Source: a virus
Lineage: Duplodnaviria; Caudoviricetes
Reading direction: 5' to 3' (one strand)
Virus record (IMG/VR): IMGVR_UViG_3300009095_000028
Coordinates: 1-41,809 of that record
DNA: 41,809 nucleotides
Of this stretch, positions 1-7,483 are shown piece after piece; position 1 is the first letter of the stretch, and each line of letters starts with the position of its first letter. The position numbers were made by a program, and so were the translations under genes. The notes beneath the pieces are model-generated. The model was not told the DNA's origin, made no database searches, and worked only from the letters and a program-made list of their open reading frames with translations.

Positions 1-2
1 GA

Positions 3-101
3 ATGATGCCTTGGCCCTTCAATGACCCCGTTGCAACGGCGGCAGTGATCGTCTTGCTCGCCCTGATCCCTAGCCGAAGGAGCCGCAGGAATGACCACTG
101 A
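3..101 (+). CDS. Possible small hydrophobic protein (32 aa, may be 5'-truncated by the window edge)
   Basis: ATG at 3, MMPWPFNDPVATAAVIVLLALIPSRRSRRNDH*, stop overlaps the start region of the next gene. Confidence 0.3.
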   Translation: MMPWPFNDPVATAAVIVLLALIPSRRSRRNDH

Positions 102-381
102 CGTGAAGCTGTTGCCGCTGCCGGAGTGGGCCGCCTGCGAAGAAACCGTTGCCGACATGTCCACAGCCGATGTGCGCGAGGCTATGGCCGACTACGCCCG
201 CGCCAACATGGAGCCGCTGCTTGCCGAGAACGAGCGGCTGGCGGAGGCGTTGCGCTGGATCGCAAGCGACGAGACTGCCACCGCGTCGAACGTACACAGC
301 GGCATGGACGAGGTAGATGCCATCAAGAGCCGCGCCCGCGCCGCCATCGACCAAGAACGCAGTAGGGGAGGTGCGGAGTGA
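91..381 (+). CDS. Hypothetical phage protein
   Basis: 96-aa ORF with AAGGAG RBS upstream; stop overlaps next start (GTGA). Confidence 0.7.
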   Translation: MTTDVKLLPLPEWAACEETVADMSTADVREAMADYARANMEPLLAENERLAEALRWIASDETATASNVHSGMDEVDAIKSRARAAIDQERSRGGAE

Positions 382-551
382 GCAGGAACCGATACAGCTC
401 GGACGGTCGGCTGATGGACTACTACAGCCGGAAGCGAAGGTGGAACTTTTGGTTCAACGTGATCCTCTTTGGCGGGCCAGTGATCTACTTGGCGGGGGTC
501 TACCTCTACATCGTCGTTTCCGACTGGCTCAAGTCGGTGCTCGGAGGCTGA
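378..551 (+). CDS. Small membrane protein (57 aa, not in ORF track)
   Basis: GTG overlapping previous TGA, GGGGAGG RBS; MSRNRYSSDGRLMDYYSRKRRWNFWFNVILFGGPVIYLAGVYLYIVVSDWLKSVLGG has one TM helix after a basic patch. Confidence 0.65.
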   Translation: MSRNRYSSDGRLMDYYSRKRRWNFWFNVILFGGPVIYLAGVYLYIVVSDWLKSVLGG

Positions 552-575
552 TGTGAGCGCAGCGGAGGAACGGCA

Positions 576-704
576 ATGAGAGGATGGCGCGATCGGTTCG
601 AGATGCACGACGGAAGGCACGAGTACGTAGCGGCACTCATGTTGGGGTGCGCGCACACCCTCGTGGCTTGGATAGAACCTGCGAAGGATTCAACCAATGG
701 GTGA
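576..704 (+). CDS. Hypothetical protein (42 aa, not in ORF track)
   Basis: GGAGG RBS at 564-568, ATG 576, fills the gap to the 697 ORF. Confidence 0.45.
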   Translation: MRGWRDRFEMHDGRHEYVAALMLGCAHTLVAWIEPAKDSTNG

Positions 705-954
705 GAGCACCACCAAACCGCTGCCCGGCGACAAGGCGACGCAGCTCGATGTGGCATACCGGGCGCTCGACTTTCGCACCGAGCTGGATGCGCTGCTGAA
801 GAAGCACGGCGTGCGGATGCTGCTCGGGTGGGAGGGCAAATGGGCCAAGCTGCAGTTGATGTTCCCCGAGGCCAGCACCGAGATCGTGCTGACCATCATC
901 GAAACGAAGAAGGGCGGGCGGGTGCGCTACCGGCTCGACGAGGAGGAATCGTAA
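697..954 (+). CDS. Hypothetical protein
   Basis: 85-aa ORF, GC3-rich codon usage, TAATG coupling to next gene. Confidence 0.7.
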   Translation: MGESTTKPLPGDKATQLDVAYRALDFRTELDALLKKHGVRMLLGWEGKWAKLQLMFPEASTEIVLTIIETKKGGRVRYRLDEEES

Positions 955-1238
955 TGAACTTTTTCAAGAAGCTGTTCGGCGACACCGCCCAAGCGGAGTA
1001 CGAACGCTCCGAGGCGGAGCGCAAGCACACCGCCAAGCTGCTCTCCGAAGCCTCGTACCACCGGATCATGGCGAACTTCTACACCGAGCGAGCTGCGAGC
1101 TTGAACCCGCATACCCAATGGTGGGAGTTCGCCGACGCCAAGCAGAAGGAGTATGACCACCAGCTCGAATGCGTGTTGCTCGAACGGCGCGCGGGGGTCG
1201 ATGACCTCGTCGATGCCGCCGATACCGATCCCGAGTGA
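954..1238 (+). CDS. Hypothetical protein (MNFFKKLFG..., 94 aa)
   Basis: GAGGAGG RBS; ATG overlaps upstream TAA; start re-called from the 828 ORF. Confidence 0.75.
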   Translation: MNFFKKLFGDTAQAEYERSEAERKHTAKLLSEASYHRIMANFYTERAASLNPHTQWWEFADAKQKEYDHQLECVLLERRAGVDDLVDAADTDPE

Positions 1239-1292
1239 CGTAAAATCAACCACGGGTTGCGATCGTCGCGACCCGGATAACGAAGGAAGACC

Positions 1293-1871
1293 ATGAGCCT
1301 CTACGACGACTACGCCGCTTTCACCGCGACGACCGCGATCTATCCCGATCAGGTCGCCGCCCCGTACCTCGCCCTCGGGCTGTGCAGCGAGGCCGCTGAG
1401 TGCATCGAGCTGATCTACGCGCAGAGCAACGTCTCGCTGCTCGGACACGAGCTTGGCGGCGAGATGGGTGACGTGATGTGGTACAGCGCGCGCCTCGCCG
1501 CCACCTACGATCTCGACTTCGACGCGCTGGTCCGCCGTGCCAAGAACTCCCGCAGTCACACGAACGAGGTCGCCGACCTGCACAAGACCCTCGACGAGAT
1601 CACGATGCGGTCGGGCCTGATCGCCGGGAAGATCAAGAAGCAGCTCCGCGACGGCCAGAAATGGACCGGCGAACAGCGCGAGGACGCACGCCGTTACATC
1701 AACGAGCAGCTCATCAGCATCCTGCGCCTGACCATCGACGTGACCGACTGGCTGTATGCCCACCACAATGCCGAGTACAGCTCGCTCGACAAGCTCCTGC
1801 AGATGAATCGCAAGAAGCTGGAAAGCCGCCAGAGCCGCGGGGTGTTGGGCGGCGACGGCTCCAACCGCTAG
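1293..1871 (+). CDS. mazG: MazG-like nucleotide pyrophosphohydrolase
   Basis: Motifs TAIYP, LGLCSEAAE, GEMGDVMWY and C-terminal NRKKLESRQSRGVLGGDGSNR typical of phage MazG. Confidence 0.8.
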   Translation: MSLYDDYAAFTATTAIYPDQVAAPYLALGLCSEAAECIELIYAQSNVSLLGHELGGEMGDVMWYSARLAATYDLDFDALVRRAKNSRSHTNEVADLHKTLDEITMRSGLIAGKIKKQLRDGQKWTGEQREDARRYINEQLISILRLTIDVTDWLYAHHNAEYSSLDKLLQMNRKKLESRQSRGVLGGDGSNR

Positions 1872-1896
1872 ACCGTCGCTTCTTCAGGGGGAAGCA

Positions 1897-2085
1897 ATGC
1901 CATACCGCAAGCTGGAATGGCGGGAGGGCGGCGCTCGCAAGGGCGCTCCCTACCGTCCCGAGCCGGAGAAGAATGTCGTCTTCTCCGAAGAACAAGCCGC
2001 CGAGATCAAACGCCGCAAGGCCGAGGTCCGGCGGATGATCGAAGACGAGAAAATTGACCGAGAGATCGAGGAGATGTTCGGATGA
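1897..2085 (+). CDS. Hypothetical protein
   Basis: 62-aa ORF, RBS AGGGGGA, ATGA coupling to next gene. Confidence 0.65.
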   Translation: MPYRKLEWREGGARKGAPYRPEPEKNVVFSEEQAAEIKRRKAEVRRMIEDEKIDREIEEMFG

Positions 2086-2408
2086 GTAAGACGAAGAAAG
2101 TCGATGTAAAGGTCCAAGCTGACCCGAGGCCCGAACAGCCGAGTGCGCCGGCCATCCTCAAGCGCGCCGCGCAACACATGGAAGACCGTGCCGCGGCCCG
2201 AGACCAGCCGGGAGGCGAACGGTCGATGGCACGCACCGTGACAGCGTTCAACGCGCTGACAGGCCACGAGCTGACCGAGCGCGACGGATGGATGTTCATG
2301 GTCGCCTTGAAGGCCGCACGCGCCTGCACGACGGCTACGGGCCTCTCGGACGACTACGAGGACGGCGCCGCGTACTTCGGGCTCGCCGGGGAGGCCGCGT
2401 CGCGATGA
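2082..2408 (+). CDS. DUF6378-like phage protein
   Basis: Pattern DRAAARD..GERSM...AFNALTG..LTERDGWMFMVALKAAR...DDYEDGAAYFGLAGE. Confidence 0.7.
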   Translation: MSKTKKVDVKVQADPRPEQPSAPAILKRAAQHMEDRAAARDQPGGERSMARTVTAFNALTGHELTERDGWMFMVALKAARACTTATGLSDDYEDGAAYFGLAGEAASR

Positions 2409-2632
2409 TGCTCTCGATCCTGCTCCTCAAGGGCGCCCTCGTGTGCGGTGTGTTGGCGGGCGCGATGACCGCGCTCGTGGTTGTCTTCGGAAGCCTTTTA
2501 GACGCAATCGAAGGCAAACTCTCCCATTTCTTTACGATCGTGGTGTTGAGCCTGCTATTCGCTTCCGTCATTCTCGGCGCCCTGCTAGTGGTTGGCGCTT
2601 TCGGGGCGTTCGTGTTCGACGTGAGGGTCTAG
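2405..2632 (+). CDS. Small membrane protein (2 TM)
   Basis: GGGGAGG RBS, ATGA overlap, two long hydrophobic stretches. Confidence 0.65.
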   Translation: MMLSILLLKGALVCGVLAGAMTALVVVFGSLLDAIEGKLSHFFTIVVLSLLFASVILGALLVVGAFGAFVFDVRV

Positions 2633-2655
2633 CTGCTTCCCACCCCCGCTGACTG

Positions 2656-2688
2656 ACGAAAAACCCGCCTCTCGGCGGGTTTCGTTTT
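2656..2688. terminator. Bidirectional intrinsic terminator between convergent gene blocks
   Basis: AAACCCGCC-TCTC-GGCGGGTTT stem flanked by A- and T-rich tracts. Confidence 0.85.
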
Positions 2689-3037
2689 ACTGCTTGATGA
2701 CGCCCCGTTTCTCGTGCTCGTCGAGGCAGCGGTGCTCCTCGGCGCGCAGCTCGCGCTCCTTGTCGAGCGTCCCGAGCACCTCGACCACCCACGTTGCCGC
2801 GTGCTGGCTGAGCTGCGCGACGCCGTCGACGATGCCGACCCAACAGTCCGAGCAGGGCGCGTCTGGGATCGGCGACGTGGCCGGCTGCTGGCAGCGCACG
2901 GTAGGCGCCTGCAGGGGGCTATCGGTTCGCTCGGGAGACAGCAGCGTCGATGACGTTTTGCACGCTGTCAGGGACAGGGCGCAAAGCAGCGCAAGCGATG
3001 TCGCGCGCAGGATCAGGTTCGGCTTCGACGTAGACAT
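2687..3037 (-). CDS. Outer-membrane spanin (o-spanin lipoprotein)
   Basis: Signal peptide ending in lipobox LSLTA-C; 5' end overlaps the i-spanin gene in another frame; last gene of lysis cassette. Confidence 0.8.
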   Translation of the reverse strand: MSTSKPNLILRATSLALLCALSLTACKTSSTLLSPERTDSPLQAPTVRCQQPATSPIPDAPCSDCWVGIVDGVAQLSQHAATWVVEVLGTLDKERELRAEEHRCLDEHEKRGVIKQ

Positions 3038-3314
3038 AGCGGATGATCTCTTTGGCCTCTTGAGTGGCAACGTCCGAGTCGACCATGACTTCCTGCGCTC
3101 GCTCGTTGCTCTCCTTCGTGATGTCGCGGCTGGTGGTGTCGCGCTCGGCTACGGCTTCGCCGATGCGCTCCGCGCTCTTGTTCTGCAGTTCGGAGATGCG
3201 GATGTCGCACTCGGCACCGGCCTGCGCCCACTGCCACCCGAGGAAGGCGTTCAGGACGACCGAGGCAGCAAGCGCCCCGCCGAGCACCAGCGACGTGCGG
3301 GAGGGCAGGATCAC
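2919..3314 (-). CDS. Inner-membrane spanin (i-spanin)
   Basis: GTG start with GGAGG RBS, N-terminal TM (LVLGGALAASVVLNAFLGW), helical periplasmic domain. Confidence 0.8.
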   Translation of the reverse strand: MILPSRTSLVLGGALAASVVLNAFLGWQWAQAGAECDIRISELQNKSAERIGEAVAERDTTSRDITKESNERAQEVMVDSDVATQEAKEIIRYVYVEAEPDPARDIACAALRPVPDSVQNVIDAAVSRANR

Positions 3315-3751
3315 GGCTTCACCTCCGATCGAAGGGCGCGGGCGCCTAATGTGACGACCGCGCTCAGGCCGTTGTAGAGGATGGGTGCGACAAGCCCGGC
3401 ACCGATGCCGAGCCACAGCGCGCTAAGCCGCGCCTGCGGCCCTCCCGACCACATCTGGAGCATCGCTACCGTCACACCGATGAGGACCGCTGCAGAGTCG
3501 ATCAGGAAGTCCCTCGCGCGGGGCTCGCCCTCGAAGGACGGCACCCACTTGCACAGGAACCAGCGAGACAGCGTTGCCAGCGAGACGGCCACGAAGAACG
3601 AGGCGAGCCCGAGCGGCGCGCTATCGGTCATCTGGATCATCAGCAGCCACAAAGCGAGCAACGCCTCGGCAAGCTGCGTCCCGTAGGTGGCGATCAGCAC
3701 GATGAGCCCGGCGAGGGAGACGCCGATGCCGCTCTTGATCCAGTTGTTCAT
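3311..3751 (-). CDS. Holin-like multi-TM membrane protein
   Basis: MNNWIKSG start overlaps endolysin stop (ATGA); about 4 hydrophobic segments; lies between endolysin and spanins. Confidence 0.6.
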   Translation of the reverse strand: MNNWIKSGIGVSLAGLIVLIATYGTQLAEALLALWLLMIQMTDSAPLGLASFFVAVSLATLSRWFLCKWVPSFEGEPRARDFLIDSAAVLIGVTVAMLQMWSGGPQARLSALWLGIGAGLVAPILYNGLSAVVTLGARALRSEVKP

Positions 3752-4422
3752 GCGTACTTCCTGAGTTCCCGGAACAGGGATTTCGCGAGAGCGGTCTTCA
3801 GGCGACGATCGGCCATGCCGTTCGGCGTGCCGTGGTGCTCGGGGTCGCCGAGGTTGACGCCGCGCGAGACGGCGAGCAGGTCGTCCTTCTCCGCCCATTC
3901 GTTGAGCCCTTTCCATCGCCAGTAGTAGGCGGCAGCGCGGGCCGCGATGCGCGGCTCCACGATCAACTCCGGGTGCTCGATCAGCGTGCGGTCGCCGAAC
4001 AGCGCGAGCGAGGTGCGCAGGAAGTTTCCTCGTCCCGTGGTGTGGATCAGCCCGCCGCCGCGGAACTTCCACCCGTCATCGGGCAGCACGTTGCCGAGGT
4101 TGAGCCGTCCCCACTCGCCGCCGTACAGCGCGTTGGCGATCGCCGGCTGGTTGGCGGGGTGGTAGGACGATCGGCCGTACCGGGCTGCGTCGGAGAGGGA
4201 GATGCGGTGACGGCCGAACTTCGAGGCCAGCGCCTCGACGCTATAGTTGAGGCTCTCGCGCGGCCGCGTGAAGTTCAGGCTCTCGTGGGCGACCTGCCCG
4301 AGAAAGTGCGACTTGGCAAGCTCGCTCTCGATGCCGAACTCGATGCAGGCATCCTCCAACTCGCGGGCATAGAGACCGCTGTGCGGAGGGTTCATCCGGG
4401 CAACCACGGTCTCGGTGCTCAT
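3748..4422 (-). CDS. Endolysin, glycoside hydrolase family 19
   Basis: HFLGQVAHES, ESLNYS and DGWKFRGGGLIHTTGRGNF GH19 motifs; start re-called at MSTETVV. Confidence 0.9.
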   Translation of the reverse strand: MSTETVVARMNPPHSGLYARELEDACIEFGIESELAKSHFLGQVAHESLNFTRPRESLNYSVEALASKFGRHRISLSDAARYGRSSYHPANQPAIANALYGGEWGRLNLGNVLPDDGWKFRGGGLIHTTGRGNFLRTSLALFGDRTLIEHPELIVEPRIAARAAAYYWRWKGLNEWAEKDDLLAVSRGVNLGDPEHHGTPNGMADRRLKTALAKSLFRELRKYA

Positions 4423-4426
4423 CGTC

Positions 4427-4960
4427 TCACTCCGTAGCGTGGAATCGCGCCTCGATGCGCTCCAAGCGGTCCACCCGCTCGTCGAGCCGCTGGTCTGCCG
4501 CCTCCACGCGTCGTAGGTCATCCCTGAAGCCGTTGAGGATGTCATTGCCGGTCCATGCGATCACGCCCACCACGATCCCGGCGCACAGGCTGATCCCGAG
4601 CCCGATGCCGTGCCACAGCGACAACTTTCGCTCCACCGCAGCGTTCTCATGTGCGTGAGTGACCTGCCAGTTTTCATGTGCGTCAGCGCGCTCGTCGGCG
4701 TGCGCCTTGACGTTCCGTATCTCGGTGAAGGCACGATCGAGACCGCTACCCTGAGCTTCCTGCCGCTCGGCGATGCGCGCTACTGTTTGCAGTAGATCGG
4801 TCATCGTCTCAAGCCTGCCATCGACCGCCGCCATGGCGGTCTTCATCTGTGCGTTCCCCTCGTCGACACACCGCCGGATGTCAAGCTGCGATTGCTTGAG
4901 CATGGCGATGTCTTCGATCACTCGCTCAGACACCGTCACTGAAACCCCTCGGTTCATCAT
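4427..4960 (-). CDS. Coiled-coil, single-TM membrane protein (holin/antiholin candidate)
   Basis: Heptad-rich N-terminus, one TM (LWHGIGLGISLCAGIVVGVIAW), directly upstream of endolysin; start could be GTG near 4939. Confidence 0.55.
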   Translation of the reverse strand: MMNRGVSVTVSERVIEDIAMLKQSQLDIRRCVDEGNAQMKTAMAAVDGRLETMTDLLQTVARIAERQEAQGSGLDRAFTEIRNVKAHADERADAHENWQVTHAHENAAVERKLSLWHGIGLGISLCAGIVVGVIAWTGNDILNGFRDDLRRVEAADQRLDERVDRLERIEARFHATE

Positions 4961-5027
4961 GGTAGGTGCGCCGTGGAACAGGTGGTAGTCGATGCTACCT
5001 GCGGTTGATCCGTGGCCCTGTGAAGGT

Positions 5028-5057
5028 AGCGTAGGTTCCTGCAGGGCCGGGGGTCAA
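5028..5057 (-). promoter_or_regulatory. Putative sigma70 promoter for lysis cassette
   Basis: TTGACC-18 nt-TACGCT on - strand. Confidence 0.45.
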
Positions 5058-5188
5058 TCAGGAGGAGGGTCTATCGAATCAACGATTTGCGAACCAACCC
5101 TTTGATAATGCCGGGATGCGGTGCAACATGATGCACCGAAGTTTACCCCGATATTTGGACCGGATGGACCAAAATTGGACCAAGGTGA

Positions 5189-5818
5189 CTATGCCGAGGG
5201 CAGTAGAGCGGAGAACCCCGCGGGTGCCGCGTACTGCCATGCCTGCTCATCGAATCGACCGATGACCTTGTTGGTCCCGCTAAGACCAACGGCGGGAACC
5301 AGATTGAGGCCCGAATTAATGCCCGAGAAAGCCGCCTCCGTTCCGCCCTCCGGGTCACCGATCCACACCCCGTTCTTCGCAAACCATATGCTGCCGGTCG
5401 CCTTGTCAATCGCCACGCCGATGACGTCGCCTTGACCGAAAGACGGGCCATAGGCTGAAATCGAATAGTGGTACTTTCTCCCGTCGCGCACGTAGGCCGC
5501 GCCGTTGCTATTGTTGCTGCCTAGCGCGACATTCACACTTCCGCCCAAGTGCTGGGCGCCGGTGTTGATTCCGTAGGCGTAGGTATCGGGCGCGCGGTCA
5601 ATATAGACCTCCCAATAGCGCTTTCCGGTGATGACCGCCGACGATGCCTGCACGATTTGGTTCCCATCAATTGCGGTCGCGCTTCGCTCCGCGGCGAGTC
5701 CGTCCATCGTGATAATAATTCCAGGGGCCGAACGGTCAGGGGACCAGGTGACGCCGCCCACCGGGGGCGGCTCGGCTGCTCGGGCATGCGCAGCAGCAAG
5801 TATCCCCAGCGGAATCAC
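5189..5818 (-). CDS. SPRY-domain putative receptor-binding/tail protein
   Basis: GKRYWEV, GDVIGVAID, IWFAKNG, LVPAVGL and YAAPAGF SPRY motifs; position in tail-tip cluster. Confidence 0.75.
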   Translation of the reverse strand: MIPLGILAAAHARAAEPPPVGGVTWSPDRSAPGIIITMDGLAAERSATAIDGNQIVQASSAVITGKRYWEVYIDRAPDTYAYGINTGAQHLGGSVNVALGSNNSNGAAYVRDGRKYHYSISAYGPSFGQGDVIGVAIDKATGSIWFAKNGVWIGDPEGGTEAAFSGINSGLNLVPAVGLSGTNKVIGRFDEQAWQYAAPAGFSALLPSA

Positions 5819-6267
5819 GGAGCGGCCTCCAAGTTACCCTCGATGTCCCACGTATCGGTCGCTCGCTTGATGAGCGTTGCCTTGGCCCACTGCTTTCGCA
5901 GCTTGAGCGTTTCCGGCGTGCGGATGGTGACACCCGAGCCGGCCGCCACGGTGGTCTGCCCTGCGCCATCCTGTCCGATGTCCACGCGCGTGCCGACGGG
6001 GAAGGCGACGGCGCTGTTAGGCGGCACCGTCAGGGTGTTGGCGACCGCGTTGCTCATGGTGACCAGCGCGCCCGCGTCAGCCAGCACCAGCGTGTAGGCG
6101 GTGCCGGTCTGCGCGTTGATCGTCGCGTAGCGGTTCGCGAACTCCCTGACTTGTGCAGCCGTAGCGCCTCTGGATTGTCCGTCTTGCGTGACTTCTAAAC
6201 CTTCGGACCCATCGAACGGGGCCGCCGGGTTATCTGCGACTAGCTGTGAGATCGTTACGTCTGCCAT
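5815..6267 (-). CDS. Tail fibre adaptor-like protein
   Basis: MADVTISQL N-terminus and NAQTGTAYTLVLADAG...AFPVGT...GQTTVAAGSGVT...WDIEGNL beta-rich domain seen in phage fibre proteins. Confidence 0.6.
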   Translation of the reverse strand: MADVTISQLVADNPAAPFDGSEGLEVTQDGQSRGATAAQVREFANRYATINAQTGTAYTLVLADAGALVTMSNAVANTLTVPPNSAVAFPVGTRVDIGQDGAGQTTVAAGSGVTIRTPETLKLRKQWAKATLIKRATDTWDIEGNLEAAP

Positions 6268-6271
6268 GGTG

Positions 6272-6574
6272 TCATCCTGATGTGATTCGCCGGTCTCCGG
6301 CCTCTGTTACGCGAATATTGCCATCCTCCGTCATCCTGAAGGAGAGCCCGATCCCTTCCAGCACCCAAGGACCGTCCACCCGCGCCTTGTACCCTTCGAC
6401 CATCTGCACCACCTCATACCGCCCCGCGGGAAGGCCGGAGAACGCCCACGCGCCTGTGCCGGCGTCGCTGAGGGTCGTGTCGACGATCTCGTTGCCGTTG
6501 ACATCGAGCAACGTCACTCGCGCTTGAACCGGGGCGCCGTTGAGGTGGGAGAAGCCTGAGATCGTGTCGGTCAT
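6272..6574 (-). CDS. Cna-B/carboxypeptidase-regulatory-like domain virion protein
   Basis: ARVTLLD.NG..VDTTLSD.GTGAWAFSGLPAGRYEV pattern. Confidence 0.65.
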   Translation of the reverse strand: MTDTISGFSHLNGAPVQARVTLLDVNGNEIVDTTLSDAGTGAWAFSGLPAGRYEVVQMVEGYKARVDGPWVLEGIGLSFRMTEDGNIRVTEAGDRRITSG

Positions 6575-6583
6575 GGCGTTGGG

Positions 6584-7483
6584 TCAGAAGTTGGGGAAAG
6601 GGGCGGTCGGCGGATCGAAGTTCTCGGTGTAGCGGGCAACATCGCGGGTGAAGCGGAACTCATCGAGCCACCCAACTGCCATGCGGTCCAGCGTTAAGCC
6701 GGCTTCCGCCCCTATGATCATCGTTTGAGAACTGGTAGGGAAAACGTGCGTGACGCTCCAAGAGTTAACCTTCGTGCCGTTTATGAATACATGAATATTC
6801 GCCCCGTTTTTCGTCACCGCAATATGACACCACTCGTCGAAAGGCGCTTTCACCGTGGTGTCTACTGTCAAAAAGTTGGTACTCGTTCCGAACACGGAGC
6901 GCACGACACCATCGGGCATCACCGCGCAATAGAACCCTTCGTTCGCGTTAGCCGGAGTCGTCGAGAACAACGTATGGCGATGGCCTGCGTCTAGTCGGGC
7001 GAAAATCTCTGCGGTGAAAACGCCGTTAATAGTGAAGGCGCCCGGCTGTGGAGTGGATAGCTGCGCGTAAGACCCCTTGGTCAGCTTCCCGAAAGACGCC
7101 TCTCCGAACTTCTTGACAGAGGAGTCCGTCCGAGCGCCCCCATAAATTGTCCACGGGGAACCCTTTTCATCCAAGAAAGTCGGGCCTTCCTGCACCTCGT
7201 CAAAGTGCAGCAGGCTCACTACGTTCGCCCAATGAGGGTCTTGCTGCGCGGGGTCGAAAGGCGTTACAGGCCCGAACGCCCTACTGCGATACACGCCACC
7301 CCCGAGCACCAGTACGCGGAACGTCGCGCCGCTCGGCAGCCCGTCGAACGAGTAGGCACCCGAGACCGGGTCGCTCGTCGTCGAGGCAACGACTTCCGTG
7401 CCTGCCGCATTGAGCAGCAGCACGTCGGCCTGTCCGGGGATTTCGGTGTCGCCGATGGTCACGATGCCATTGATGGTTGCCAT
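6584..7483 (-). CDS. Putative receptor-binding protein: Cna-B-like domain plus ConA/LamG lectin domain (299 aa)
   Basis: Start MATINGIV overlaps upstream stop (TGATG) with GGAGG RBS; DPHWANVVSLLHFD, FTAEIF, WCHIAV, GWLDEFRFTRDVARYTENF LamG-type motifs. Confidence 0.75.
   Translation of the reverse strand: MATINGIVTIGDTEIPGQADVLLLNAAGTEVVASTTSDPVSGAYSFDGLPSGATFRVLVLGGGVYRSRAFGPVTPFDPAQQDPHWANVVSLLHFDEVQEGPTFLDEKGSPWTIYGGARTDSSVKKFGEASFGKLTKGSYAQLSTPQPGAFTINGVFTAEIFARLDAGHRHTLFSTTPANANEGFYCAVMPDGVVRSVFGTSTNFLTVDTTVKAPFDEWCHIAVTKNGANIHVFINGTKVNSWSVTHVFPTSSQTMIIGAEAGLTLDRMAVGWLDEFRFTRDVARYTENFDPPTAPFPNF

Noticed and set aside
5189-7483. Diversity-generating retroelement or invertible tail-fibre cassette
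   Set aside because: No reverse transcriptase, invertase, TR/VR pair or flanking inverted sites seen
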